A program made the translations under genes and the position numbers. The notes beneath the pieces are model-generated. The model did not search any database. It had not been told where the DNA came from and saw only the letters and a list, made by a program, of their open reading frames with translations. A stretch of DNA of 64,000 bases from a virus: positions 59,736 through 123,735 of IMG/VR virus record IMGVR_UViG_3300022752_000027, one strand, 5' to 3'. Shown here piece by piece: positions 53,428-62,956 of this stretch. Position 1 is the first letter of the stretch. Every line of letters starts with the position of its first letter.

Positions 53428-54786
53428 ATGGATATAGTAAACTGGTTATATTTAAAAAAGGCTGAACTTATTCGTAGTTCAATCAGCAGTCCTGATGATC
53501 TTGTTCTTTTAGGTACTGATGTCGGTTTTGAAAAAAGAGGAGATAAATACCTTACATATGCTGTTCCTGTAAGTTTGCTTATGGGCGGCGGAGGGGGAAT
53601 TACATTAAAGACAAATGGCACTAATAACAGTAGTCAAACAGTCTTAAATATACAAGAAGGATCAAATATAACTATAAGTGAATCTTTTGGAACAGTAACT
53701 ATTAATTCTACTGCAGGCACTACTTATGATGCTAATGCAGGTATTTATAAAGATACCAGTCTTACAAATGATACTTTTCAGTTAGGTACGACACTTGCAA
53801 TTGATTCACTTAATATTCCATTTACAACTAACAGATATATAAATCTTAACCGTAACAGCTTTAATATTCTTGGCTCCATAAATTCTTCTGATGTTAGTAA
53901 CTTATTCACTATTGATAATGCAGGTTTTGTAAATATAGCAATGGGTGATATAGATGAATCAAATGGTGGAACTAAAATAACTATTAATGATACTTCTGGG
54001 GGTTCTCAAGGACCAGGTGGAATAATAGAATTAAAAGCAAATACAAAAACAGCACTTTATTTAGATTTTGGTGCAGGCGAATATTATTTTGGAGATAAAT
54101 CATTTCATGCATCTGGATCATTTGTATTATACGATTTACCAAGTGGGGATTTTTTCTTTAAGGGAAATAATGCGTATAATAATCCAACAAATGTTAACTT
54201 AACAATTCAGGCCAGCGATGGAATGATTGCATTTAATAAATATGGAGTTGGTAACTTTGCTGCTACACCCGCATATTATTTAGGTGTTGACTCAACTGGT
54301 CAAATTACAGAAACATTTCCAAATCCTCTAACTATAGTAAAAACTGCACAAGAAGATTTTACTATAGACGGTACATATTATACTGTTGCTGAGCTAAATT
54401 TTAAAGCTGTTTTTACAAAAAGCTACCATTTTAGAGCTGTTATACATTATAAAGTTCTTGATCGTACTGATCAAGGAACTGGTTGGACGATAAGTATTAC
54501 TGGTGCAGGATTTGAAAATACAGGTTGGTACTCACAATTGTGGAGACCAGGTAATAGCATATGGACCATTGCTAATTTATATGATTTATATCCCGAACCA
54601 ACTCCAACAGTATCATCAAACGATAACAGTTATAATATTGCCATAGTAGAGGGGATACTAACAAACTGTAAGGGCACTACAAATGTATATGTTAGAGGTG
54701 CTGGAAAAACAGGAAGTGGGACAACTGTTTTCAATGGTTTAACAATATTACCTGGATCTAGCCTTACTATAATAAGAACACCATAA
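53428..54786 (+). CDS. fibre-like virion protein sharing its N-terminal adaptor with 49378..50490
   Basis: MDIVNW...PDDLVL...KRGD...TYAVP...GGGGG. Confidence 0.7.
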   Translation: MDIVNWLYLKKAELIRSSISSPDDLVLLGTDVGFEKRGDKYLTYAVPVSLLMGGGGGITLKTNGTNNSSQTVLNIQEGSNITISESFGTVTINSTAGTTYDANAGIYKDTSLTNDTFQLGTTLAIDSLNIPFTTNRYINLNRNSFNILGSINSSDVSNLFTIDNAGFVNIAMGDIDESNGGTKITINDTSGGSQGPGGIIELKANTKTALYLDFGAGEYYFGDKSFHASGSFVLYDLPSGDFFFKGNNAYNNPTNVNLTIQASDGMIAFNKYGVGNFAATPAYYLGVDSTGQITETFPNPLTIVKTAQEDFTIDGTYYTVAELNFKAVFTKSYHFRAVIHYKVLDRTDQGTGWTISITGAGFENTGWYSQLWRPGNSIWTIANLYDLYPEPTPTVSSNDNSYNIAIVEGILTNCKGTTNVYVRGAGKTGSGTTVFNGLTILPGSSLTIIRTP

Positions 54787-54805
54787 ATTTTTTGTATATT
54801 ATAAT

Positions 54806-55156
54806 ATGGATCAGATAGAAGTACGAGATGTAATAAGTATCATTGTTGCAGCACTGTCTTTAGCAGGTTTATACTATGCATTAAAAAGATCAGTCGACAA
54901 ACTCTACAATAAGTTTAATATTATGGAACAAAATCATAACCGTGAAGTCGAACTATTAAAAGACGGTCTAAAAGATGTAAAACTAGATGTGGATAAAAGA
55001 GAGAGACATGTTTACGAAAGAATGACTGAAATCAAAGAAGAACAGAAAGGAGCTATTGACAAGCTAGAAGTAAAAATAGATGCTATATCTGTAAATTTAG
55101 CCACAATGAATACTTGTCTTTCTGAGTTAACCGGATATATTAAGGCTAAGCCGTAG
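54806..55156 (+). CDS. membrane-anchored coiled-coil protein (holin/antiholin-like)
   Basis: Single N-terminal TM followed by heptads. Confidence 0.5.
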   Translation: MDQIEVRDVISIIVAALSLAGLYYALKRSVDKLYNKFNIMEQNHNREVELLKDGLKDVKLDVDKRERHVYERMTEIKEEQKGAIDKLEVKIDAISVNLATMNTCLSELTGYIKAKP

Positions 55157-55180
55157 AATTACTAAAATACTTTTTAATGC

Positions 55181-55210
55181 ACCCAGGATATATTTCCTGG
55201 GTTTTTTATT
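55181..55210 (+). terminator. intrinsic terminator
   Basis: ACCCAGGA-TATATT-TCCTGGGT followed by TTTTT. Confidence 0.85.
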
Positions 55211-55270
55211 ATAACTCTTGTAAGTTTAAACTTATTGTGTATATTTGTGTTATAATTTAAACCAACAGTT

Positions 55271-55534
55271 ATGACACAAGAGATTAATGATCCAGCTGAG
55301 TTGTCAAAAGAACAACTTACAGAAAGACAAAAGGAGATTCATGAGTATTACTCATCTCAGATCCCTTTCCTAGAGACTCAGAAAGCATATGAAATTCTAA
55401 TTACTGAGTTAGAAGAACTTGAATTACGCAGAATGATGGCTAGAATGCGCATGGCACAGATCATGGCACCAGCACCAGATGAGCCTGAGTCAGATGATGA
55501 ACAAAAAAAACCTAGATCCCTAAAAAAGAACTAA
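55271..55534 (+). CDS. conserved hypothetical protein
   Basis: 87 aa; TATATTTG box at 55240-55247 upstream. Confidence 0.6.
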   Translation: MTQEINDPAELSKEQLTERQKEIHEYYSSQIPFLETQKAYEILITELEELELRRMMARMRMAQIMAPAPDEPESDDEQKKPRSLKKN

Positions 55535-55535
55535 A

Positions 55536-55919
55536 ATGGCAGTAGTCAATCAAGTACGTAAAAATGTTAAGATGGATCTTTGGAGTATAGTTAAATTCCA
55601 ACTAGCTGTTCATTGCCATCTTAAAGCATTAAATGTATCTGATCAGGACTTAAGTTGTCTTACTTTTCTTGCTTTAACAGGAGAAAAAGAACTTACTGAA
55701 TTTTGCAATGATGCTACTAAAAACAAGATTTTTGGTAGTAGTCAGTCAGTAAGAAATGCTGTGACAAAAGCAGAAAAGAAAAAATTGATTGTGAAGAATG
55801 GTAAGAATAGGAAGACAATTTACTTGAATCCTGAACTTAAGATTCAGATCGCCGGTAACATTTTATTAGATTATAAAATTCTACATGCTGAACCCAAAGA
55901 AAATATCGTCTCTGTATAG
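55536..55919 (+). CDS. winged-helix-like DNA-binding protein
   Basis: SSQSVRNAVTKAEKKKLIVK helix-wing pattern. Confidence 0.5.
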   Translation: MAVVNQVRKNVKMDLWSIVKFQLAVHCHLKALNVSDQDLSCLTFLALTGEKELTEFCNDATKNKIFGSSQSVRNAVTKAEKKKLIVKNGKNRKTIYLNPELKIQIAGNILLDYKILHAEPKENIVSV

Positions 55920-56262
55920 TACTGCTTCTGAGGAACTTAATATACCAGAATCAGATTTGACAGATATAGTATCTTTTTATTGGAGTCAGGTAAGGAAAGC
56001 AATGGAAGGATTGAATGATGCTAATATAAATGTTGAGAATTTTGGAATGTTTACTGTTAAACCTAAAGCACTTAGGGCAGAAATGTATAAGTGTGAAAAG
56101 TTTATAAATAACGTTAATCCTAAAGATTTTACAAGATATCCCTACTACAAAGTAGCAAAGGAGAAACTAGAAAGATTTAATGTTATAAGCGCAAAGATTT
56201 TAGAAGAAAACCTAAGAAAGAAAAGCAAAATAGATCAACGATATGGCAACAACATTTCTTGA
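55885..56262 (+). CDS. IHF/HU-like DNA-binding protein
   Basis: Helical N-terminus then INVENFGMFTVK; position matches crAss-like IHF genes. Confidence 0.65.
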   Translation: MLNPKKISSLYSTASEELNIPESDLTDIVSFYWSQVRKAMEGLNDANINVENFGMFTVKPKALRAEMYKCEKFINNVNPKDFTRYPYYKVAKEKLERFNVISAKILEENLRKKSKIDQRYGNNIS

Positions 56263-56563
56263 AGTCTGGAAGAAAAAAGGTAAAATATTAGAGGGAATTA
56301 AGAACTCTATATTTAAAGATGAACACGTAGAGGAGATAGCCGCAGAAAGAGATAGCATATGTCAATCTTGTGATCAGATTGATAGAGAAGGTAGCAAATG
56401 TTTTGCACCAGGAACACAACCCTGTTGTGGGGTATGCGGCTGCTCCCTTAAATTTTTACAAAGATCATTGGCATCTGAATGTGAGGCAGGCAAATGGAAA
56501 GCCGTACTTAGTCAAGAAGAAGCCGATGAATTAGAAAATAAACTAAATGAGAATGGCAATTAA
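56243..56563 (+). CDS. Cys-rich zinc-binding protein
   Basis: RDSICQSC...C...CCGVCGCSL...C..GKW. Confidence 0.65.
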   Translation: MATTFLEVWKKKGKILEGIKNSIFKDEHVEEIAAERDSICQSCDQIDREGSKCFAPGTQPCCGVCGCSLKFLQRSLASECEAGKWKAVLSQEEADELENKLNENGN

Positions 56564-57365
56564 GTTTGAACCTATAGAGCATAAATACGTAAGTATTGAT
56601 GATGATGGCATAAACTGGACAAGTGTTACAAGTGTAATATCTATGTTTAAAAAACCATTTGACTCTGATGTAATTGCTGAGAAGTCGGCTAAGAATAAGA
56701 AAAGCAAATGGTACGGACTAGATGTTGATGTTATAAAAGAAGCCTGGAAAAATGAGTCACAAAAAGCAGTAAACCTAGGTAGCTGGTATCATAACCAAAG
56801 AGAAAAGGATTTACTTTCTTGTAATACTATTGTTTTAGATGATACAGAGATTCCAATTATTCAACCTCTTACAGAAGATGGACTTAAAAAAGCTCCTGAC
56901 CAAAAGCTTGGAAATGGTATTTATCCTGAGCATATGGTTTATCTTAAGTCTGCTGGTATATGTGGCCAGGCAGACCGGGTTGAAGTAATCAATGGAGTAG
57001 TCAATATATATGACTACAAAACAAACAAGGAGATTAAAACAGAAAGCTATGTTAACTGGGAGGGTATATCAGAGAAGATGTTACCACCCTTACACCATTT
57101 AGATGACTGTAACCACAATCATTACAATATACAGCTTAGTCTATATATGTATATGATACTAAAGCACAATCCTAGATTAAAGCCTGGTAAGTTAGTTATT
57201 GAACACATACAGTTTAAGGAAGCAGGTAGAGATGCATATGATAACAGAGTTGTGTTTTATGATAGTAACGGTGAACCCGTAGTAGACAAAATTGTGCAAT
57301 ATCACTTACCTTATCTAAAAGAAGAGGTAATATCTATAATCAACCATCTGAAAAATGACAATTAA
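56547..57365 (+). CDS. PD-(D/E)XK nuclease
   Basis: H.Y...SVTSVI, PEH, CGQADRV, IYDYKTN, YNIQLSLY. Confidence 0.85.
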   Translation: MRMAIKFEPIEHKYVSIDDDGINWTSVTSVISMFKKPFDSDVIAEKSAKNKKSKWYGLDVDVIKEAWKNESQKAVNLGSWYHNQREKDLLSCNTIVLDDTEIPIIQPLTEDGLKKAPDQKLGNGIYPEHMVYLKSAGICGQADRVEVINGVVNIYDYKTNKEIKTESYVNWEGISEKMLPPLHHLDDCNHNHYNIQLSLYMYMILKHNPRLKPGKLVIEHIQFKEAGRDAYDNRVVFYDSNGEPVVDKIVQYHLPYLKEEVISIINHLKNDN

Positions 57366-57876
57366 ACTATTTGATATATCTAACGGTAAAGTAATTCCTA
57401 CGGAACATTGCCATACTCTTGAGACATTACGACGACTTATGGACATGTATCCTGATAACTATCTTAAGATCTATCAGTATTTGTTTTACATGACTTGTCC
57501 TAATCCAGATACTAACCCATTCTTTAATACAGTTGATACAGATAGGGAGGAGATTATACTAGCAGAGATTGATGCTGATTTTAGTCCTGAGGAGGATGGT
57601 ATACCACAAGCAATTGACTTCTGTAGGAAACTATATGAAACCCCTACAATGAGGGCATATAATGGTATCAAAAGGGCACTAGATAATATTGCTACCTATA
57701 TGAATAATACATCTATTACAGATGGTAGGGATGGTAATATCAACCAGATTAGAGCTATGGCTAAGGACTTTGATGCCATTAGGCAGTCATATAAGGGTGC
57801 TTTACGTGATATGCAGGATGAACAGAAGAGTCACGTAAGGGGTGGCACAGGTCTAGCATACGACCAAAACATGTAA
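57355..57876 (+). CDS. conserved protein upstream of TerL, possible terminase small subunit
   Basis: 173 aa helical protein ending VRGG...AYDQ, immediately before TerL. Confidence 0.5.
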   Translation: MTIKLFDISNGKVIPTEHCHTLETLRRLMDMYPDNYLKIYQYLFYMTCPNPDTNPFFNTVDTDREEIILAEIDADFSPEEDGIPQAIDFCRKLYETPTMRAYNGIKRALDNIATYMNNTSITDGRDGNINQIRAMAKDFDAIRQSYKGALRDMQDEQKSHVRGGTGLAYDQNM

Positions 57877-57877
57877 T

Positions 57878-60094
57878 ATGCAGCAAGAATTCTACACAAA
57901 TATTCCTGTATATGAGAACGGAGTATGGACGGATATCACCTTTAACTCTCAGATGGAGTTTAGGGATTACTTGCTTACCCTATTTAAAGTTCCTGGAGAA
58001 TATGAATTTGATGAAACTAGTCTAAAGTTTAATGAATTAGCTAAGCTTTTTAATACACAAGGGTTCTACTGTGTACATCCTGAGGGAACTAAAGACTTTC
58101 GTGCATTCTGGGATACTGAAAAACAGAAGTGTAGGAAAGGGGTATTCTTTATAAATGGGGATAAGAAATGGTATCTGTCTCGTGATTACTATATGTGGCT
58201 AAACTTTCTACCGATCTTTAACAAGGAGATACAGAAGTTTGGTTTTGCTGATATACGTGATGCACAGTATCATATGGCATTATATGAAATACTTGCTGAA
58301 TTAAATCATAAGCATGCAGCCATATTAAAGAAACGTCAGATAGCTAGTTCCTACTTTCATGCTGGTAAGTTTATAAATCAGGTATGGTTTGAAGAAGGGG
58401 TTACTTTAAAGATGGGAGCCAGTCTTAAAGATTATATCAATGAGAAAGGTACTTGGAAGTTTCTTAATGAGTACGAAGCATTCCTGAATAAACATACTGC
58501 TTGGTATAGACCTATGAATCCCCATAAGACACTCTTCTGGCAACAGAAGATTGAGATTGATACGTACGTTGGGGCACAGAAAAGAAAATCTGAGGTAGGA
58601 TTAAAAGGAGTTATACAAGGTATGTCCTTTGAAAAGGATCCTACAAATGGTGTCGGTGGTCCATGTAAATTCTTTTTTCATGAGGAAGCAGGTATTGCAC
58701 CTAAGATGGATACAACCTTTGAATTCATCAGACCTGCTATGAAATCTGGTATGACCACTACAGGTATGTTTATAGCTGCTGGTTCTGTCGGTGACCTTAG
58801 TCAATGTGAACCATTGAAGAAAATGATTACTAGACCAGATGCAAATGACATCTATAGTGTAGAAACAGATCTTATAGATGAGCTAAATACCATAGGAAGG
58901 TCAGGACTATTCATACCTGAGCAATGGTCAATGCCACCTTACATTGATAGATATGGTAATTCACAGGTTGCAGATGCATTAAAAGCATTAGATGAACAAT
59001 TTGCTACTTGGAAAAGAGAACTGGATCCCCAAGATTATCAGTTACGTATATCTCAGCATCCTAGAAATATCAAAGAAGCATTTGATTTTAGAACTGTATC
59101 TGTATTTCCTGCTCATCTTGTTACCGCACAGACTAGAAGAATTGAAGATAAGATGTATGCCTATGAGCATCTAGAACTATATAGAGATGAGAGAGGTGCT
59201 ATACAATCTACTGAAAGCAATAAGTTACCAATTCGGGAATTTCCAATAACTAAAGATACTGAAGATAAAACTGGTGTTATTGTAGTATGGGAAAGGCCAG
59301 TAAAGGATCCTGAGTTTGGAATGTACTATGCATCTGTTGACCCCGTAGGAGAAGGTAAGACAACTACCTCAGAATCACTGTGTTCCATATATGTATACAA
59401 GACAGCTGTTGAGGTAACTAAAAACAAAGGGGATGCAATTGAAACATATATTGAACAGGATAAACTTGTAGCTGCTTGGTGTGGTAGATTTGATGATATC
59501 AATAAAACACATGAACGTTTAGAGATGATGATTGAATGGTATAATGCCTGGACTATTGTAGAAAATAACATTAGTCAGTTTATTAACCACATGATCTATA
59601 GAAAGAAGCAGAGATATCTTGTCCCTAGATCACAGATACTATTCCTTAAGGATATTGGAGCAAATGCTAACGTCTTCCAGGAGTATGGCTGGAGAAATAC
59701 AGGAACTCTGTTTAAGAGTCACATGCTAAGCTATGCTATTGAATTTGTAAAAGAGGAATTATATACTGATACAGATGAAAGTGGAAAGGTATTTAAAACC
59801 GTATATGGTATAGAAAGAATACCAGATCCCATGCTACTTAAAGAGATGATGGCATACAGGGATGGGGTAAACGTCGATAGACTAGTTAGCTTTGCAGCAT
59901 TAGTTGCTTTTGCCAAGGTTCAGCAGGCTAATAGGGGATATAAGAAAAGATATGAGGAATCTGGCACTAAAAAATTGGATAATAATAATAATTTCAGTAA
60001 ATTGAATAGAAGTCCGTTCCGTCATATTGGAGGGACTTCTGGTTCATTTTCAGGAATGAAAGTACCAAAATTACCGTTTAGAAATCTAAGATAA
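57878..60094 (+). CDS. terL: terminase large subunit (crAss-like)
   Basis: LKKRQIASS Walker A variant, FFHEEAG Walker B, nuclease ASVDPV, VENN, NVDRLVS. Confidence 0.9.
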   Translation: MQQEFYTNIPVYENGVWTDITFNSQMEFRDYLLTLFKVPGEYEFDETSLKFNELAKLFNTQGFYCVHPEGTKDFRAFWDTEKQKCRKGVFFINGDKKWYLSRDYYMWLNFLPIFNKEIQKFGFADIRDAQYHMALYEILAELNHKHAAILKKRQIASSYFHAGKFINQVWFEEGVTLKMGASLKDYINEKGTWKFLNEYEAFLNKHTAWYRPMNPHKTLFWQQKIEIDTYVGAQKRKSEVGLKGVIQGMSFEKDPTNGVGGPCKFFFHEEAGIAPKMDTTFEFIRPAMKSGMTTTGMFIAAGSVGDLSQCEPLKKMITRPDANDIYSVETDLIDELNTIGRSGLFIPEQWSMPPYIDRYGNSQVADALKALDEQFATWKRELDPQDYQLRISQHPRNIKEAFDFRTVSVFPAHLVTAQTRRIEDKMYAYEHLELYRDERGAIQSTESNKLPIREFPITKDTEDKTGVIVVWERPVKDPEFGMYYASVDPVGEGKTTTSESLCSIYVYKTAVEVTKNKGDAIETYIEQDKLVAAWCGRFDDINKTHERLEMMIEWYNAWTIVENNISQFINHMIYRKKQRYLVPRSQILFLKDIGANANVFQEYGWRNTGTLFKSHMLSYAIEFVKEELYTDTDESGKVFKTVYGIERIPDPMLLKEMMAYRDGVNVDRLVSFAALVAFAKVQQANRGYKKRYEESGTKKLDNNNNFSKLNRSPFRHIGGTSGSFSGMKVPKLPFRNLR

Positions 60095-60097
60095 GAC

Positions 60098-62845
60098 ATG
60101 CAGATATATAATGCAATGCAAATGAAGGCTGGTGCCAAGGTAGAGTACAATAAAATGGGTACTCTAAACCAGCCAATTCAATTTGTTCCACGTGAAAAAA
60201 AGGACAATGAATGGACAGCTTGGAACTTAGACTGGCTTGAATGGAAGGGACTACAGCATGTTCGTAGAAATGCTAGACGCCTGATGAAGAATTATAAGCT
60301 TGCTAAAGGTATTATAGACAAGGGTGATTATATAATTGAGGAAGATAACGAATATGCAGATCTGCTAGAGGTTTTAACTAAAGAAGATGCATCTGCACTA
60401 GAATTAAAATTCTACCCAATCATCCCTAATGTAATTAATACTCTTGTATCTGAATTTGCTAAAAGAGCAAGTGCCGTATCCTACAGAGCAGTAGATGACA
60501 TTTCATATAATGAACTTCTTGAATTAAAAAGACAAGAAGTTGAACAGGCACTGGTTTATGATGCAGAAAGAGAATTAATGATGAAACTTGCTGAGGATGG
60601 AGTAGACATTGAATCTGAAGAATATCAACAGGCTACATCACCAGAAGCAATTAGACAACTTCCAGAGATTCAAGCATTTTTTGATAAGACTTATAGATCA
60701 TTATCAGAACAATGGGCATCACATCAACATGCTGTTGACGTAGAAAGATTTAAGATAGATGAACTAGAAGAAAGAGCATTTAGAGATATGCTCATTACTG
60801 ATAGGGAATTCTGGCATTTTAGAATGCTTGAGGATGATTATGATGTTGAGTTATGGAATCCAGTTCTTACATTTTATCACAAGTCGCCTGATGTAAGATA
60901 TATATCTCAGGGACAATGGGTAGGAAAGTTTGATATGATGACTGTTGCTGATGTTATTGACCGCTATGGTTGGTTAATGACAGAAGATCAAATGGAAACA
61001 TTAGAACTTATTTATCCGGTAAGATCAGCTGGTTACCCATTGCAGGGATATCAGAATGATGGTACTTACTATGATGGTACTAAACCGCATGATTGGAATA
61101 CAAACATGCCGTCTTTAGGATACCGTCAGTACACATCTATGTGGGATAATACACTACGTGGTGGTGATATTGTAAACTGGATTCTTGCAGATAGTGAGGA
61201 TTACTTTGATATGGGTATGACCAACCTTCTCAGAGTAACTACAGTATACTGGAAATCTCAAAGAAAAGTTGGTCATTTGACTAAAATTGATGATCTCGGT
61301 CAGGTAACAACAGATATTGTTGATGAGGCCTATAGTGTAACTGATAAACCGTTATATAATACTGACCTCTTTAAGAATAAGAGTAAGCAGAATCTTTTAT
61401 TTGGAGAACACATTGATTGGATTTGGATTAATGAAGTATGGGGAGGAGTTAAGATTGGTCCAAACCATCCTACATACTGGGGAACTAATAATCCCGGCGG
61501 TATTAATCCAATCTATCTTGGTATTAATACTAATAATATTGGCCCATTAAAGTTCCAGTTCAAAGGTGATGATACAATTTATGGGTGTAAATTACCTGTA
61601 GAGGGATCTGTATTCTCAGATAGAAATACAAGATCTACATCCCTTGTAGACTTAATGAAGCCATTCCAGATTGGCTACAACATTGTAAATAATCAGATTG
61701 CAGATATTCTTGTAGATGAACTTGGAACAGTAATCTTGTTAGATCAGAATGCTTTACCAAGACACAGTCTGGGAGAAGATTGGGGAAAGAACAATCTTGC
61801 TAAGGCATATGTAGCAATGAAGAACTTCCAGATGTTACCTCTGGATACTTCTATTACTAATACAGAGAATGCTCTTTCATTCCAGCATTACCAAAAGCTT
61901 GACCTTGAACAAACTAATCGTTTAATGTCAAGGATTAATCTTGCTGGATACTTTAAGAATCAAGCATTTGAAGTTATTGGTATTACACCCCAACGTATGG
62001 GACAACAGATATCTCAGCAAACAGCTACTGGTGTTGAGCAATCTGTTAATGCTAGTTATGCTCAAACTGAGGTTTACTTTATGCAACACTCTGATTATCT
62101 GATGCCTAGAGTACATCAGATGAGAACAGATCTTGCACAGTTCTATCAGGCTACTCAACCTTCTGTAAGACTACAATACTTAACTACTACGGAAGAACGT
62201 AAGAACTTTGAGATTAACGGAACAGACCTTCTTCTTAGAGATCTTAATATATTCTGTACAACCAAAGCAAATCACAGAGCCGTAGTAGAACAACTGAAGC
62301 AACTGGCCATTAATAACAATACTACAGGTGCTTCAATCTATGACTTAGGTAAGTTGATGATGGCTGAATCTCTTCCAGATGTTGACCAAGTTCTCAAGAA
62401 GACTGAACAGAAGCAACAGCAGATGCGTCAAGAAGAAATGCAACAACAGCAACAGATGCAGGAACAACAACTGCAGGCTCAGGCTGAAGAAGCAAGACTT
62501 AAAAGAGAATTTGAAGCAGAGCAGAATGATCTTAACAGACAAACTAGACTTCAGGAGGCTAGAATTAGGTCTGCTGGATTTGGTGCTACCGTTGATATTA
62601 ATCAGAATCAGCAATCAGACTATATGGATGCTCTTACTCAGATTAATAAGATGGGTATTGAGAATGAGAACATTAGCCTTCAGAAAGAAAAAGAGCTTAA
62701 CAGAATATCTGAACATAGAGAAAAAATGAATGTTGAGCAGCAGAAACTTAATACGCAAAGAGATATAGCCAATACACAACTGCAAATAGCTAGGGAGAAT
62801 AAGAATAAGTATGATAAAAAGAGCAGCGAGAAAAAGAAAAAATAA
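60098..62845 (+). CDS. portal protein (crAss-like)
   Basis: 915 aa directly after TerL; YPIIPNVIN, SLVDLMKPFQ, GITPQRMG, Gln-rich coiled-coil C-terminus. Confidence 0.85.
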   Translation: MQIYNAMQMKAGAKVEYNKMGTLNQPIQFVPREKKDNEWTAWNLDWLEWKGLQHVRRNARRLMKNYKLAKGIIDKGDYIIEEDNEYADLLEVLTKEDASALELKFYPIIPNVINTLVSEFAKRASAVSYRAVDDISYNELLELKRQEVEQALVYDAERELMMKLAEDGVDIESEEYQQATSPEAIRQLPEIQAFFDKTYRSLSEQWASHQHAVDVERFKIDELEERAFRDMLITDREFWHFRMLEDDYDVELWNPVLTFYHKSPDVRYISQGQWVGKFDMMTVADVIDRYGWLMTEDQMETLELIYPVRSAGYPLQGYQNDGTYYDGTKPHDWNTNMPSLGYRQYTSMWDNTLRGGDIVNWILADSEDYFDMGMTNLLRVTTVYWKSQRKVGHLTKIDDLGQVTTDIVDEAYSVTDKPLYNTDLFKNKSKQNLLFGEHIDWIWINEVWGGVKIGPNHPTYWGTNNPGGINPIYLGINTNNIGPLKFQFKGDDTIYGCKLPVEGSVFSDRNTRSTSLVDLMKPFQIGYNIVNNQIADILVDELGTVILLDQNALPRHSLGEDWGKNNLAKAYVAMKNFQMLPLDTSITNTENALSFQHYQKLDLEQTNRLMSRINLAGYFKNQAFEVIGITPQRMGQQISQQTATGVEQSVNASYAQTEVYFMQHSDYLMPRVHQMRTDLAQFYQATQPSVRLQYLTTTEERKNFEINGTDLLLRDLNIFCTTKANHRAVVEQLKQLAINNNTTGASIYDLGKLMMAESLPDVDQVLKKTEQKQQQMRQEEMQQQQQMQEQQLQAQAEEARLKREFEAEQNDLNRQTRLQEARIRSAGFGATVDINQNQQSDYMDALTQINKMGIENENISLQKEKELNRISEHREKMNVEQQKLNTQRDIANTQLQIARENKNKYDKKSSEKKKK

Positions 62846-62956
62846 TAAATTCTGACCCTATTTGCTATAAAGTGCCACATTATTATTTTAATGTGCTAAT
62901 CTTTAAAGTTTAAATCTATACTTTTGTGTATATTGATATTATAAAACCAACAAAAA

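Noticed and set aside
31093-54786. Diversity-generating retroelement acting on fibres or proteases
   Set aside because: No reverse transcriptase in the window and no near-identical TR/VR pair differing only at adenines was seen; the repeats are diverged at synonymous sites
57878-60094. Intein or intron in the terminase
   Set aside because: Continuous ORF of ordinary length with no intein splice motifs or embedded homing endonuclease
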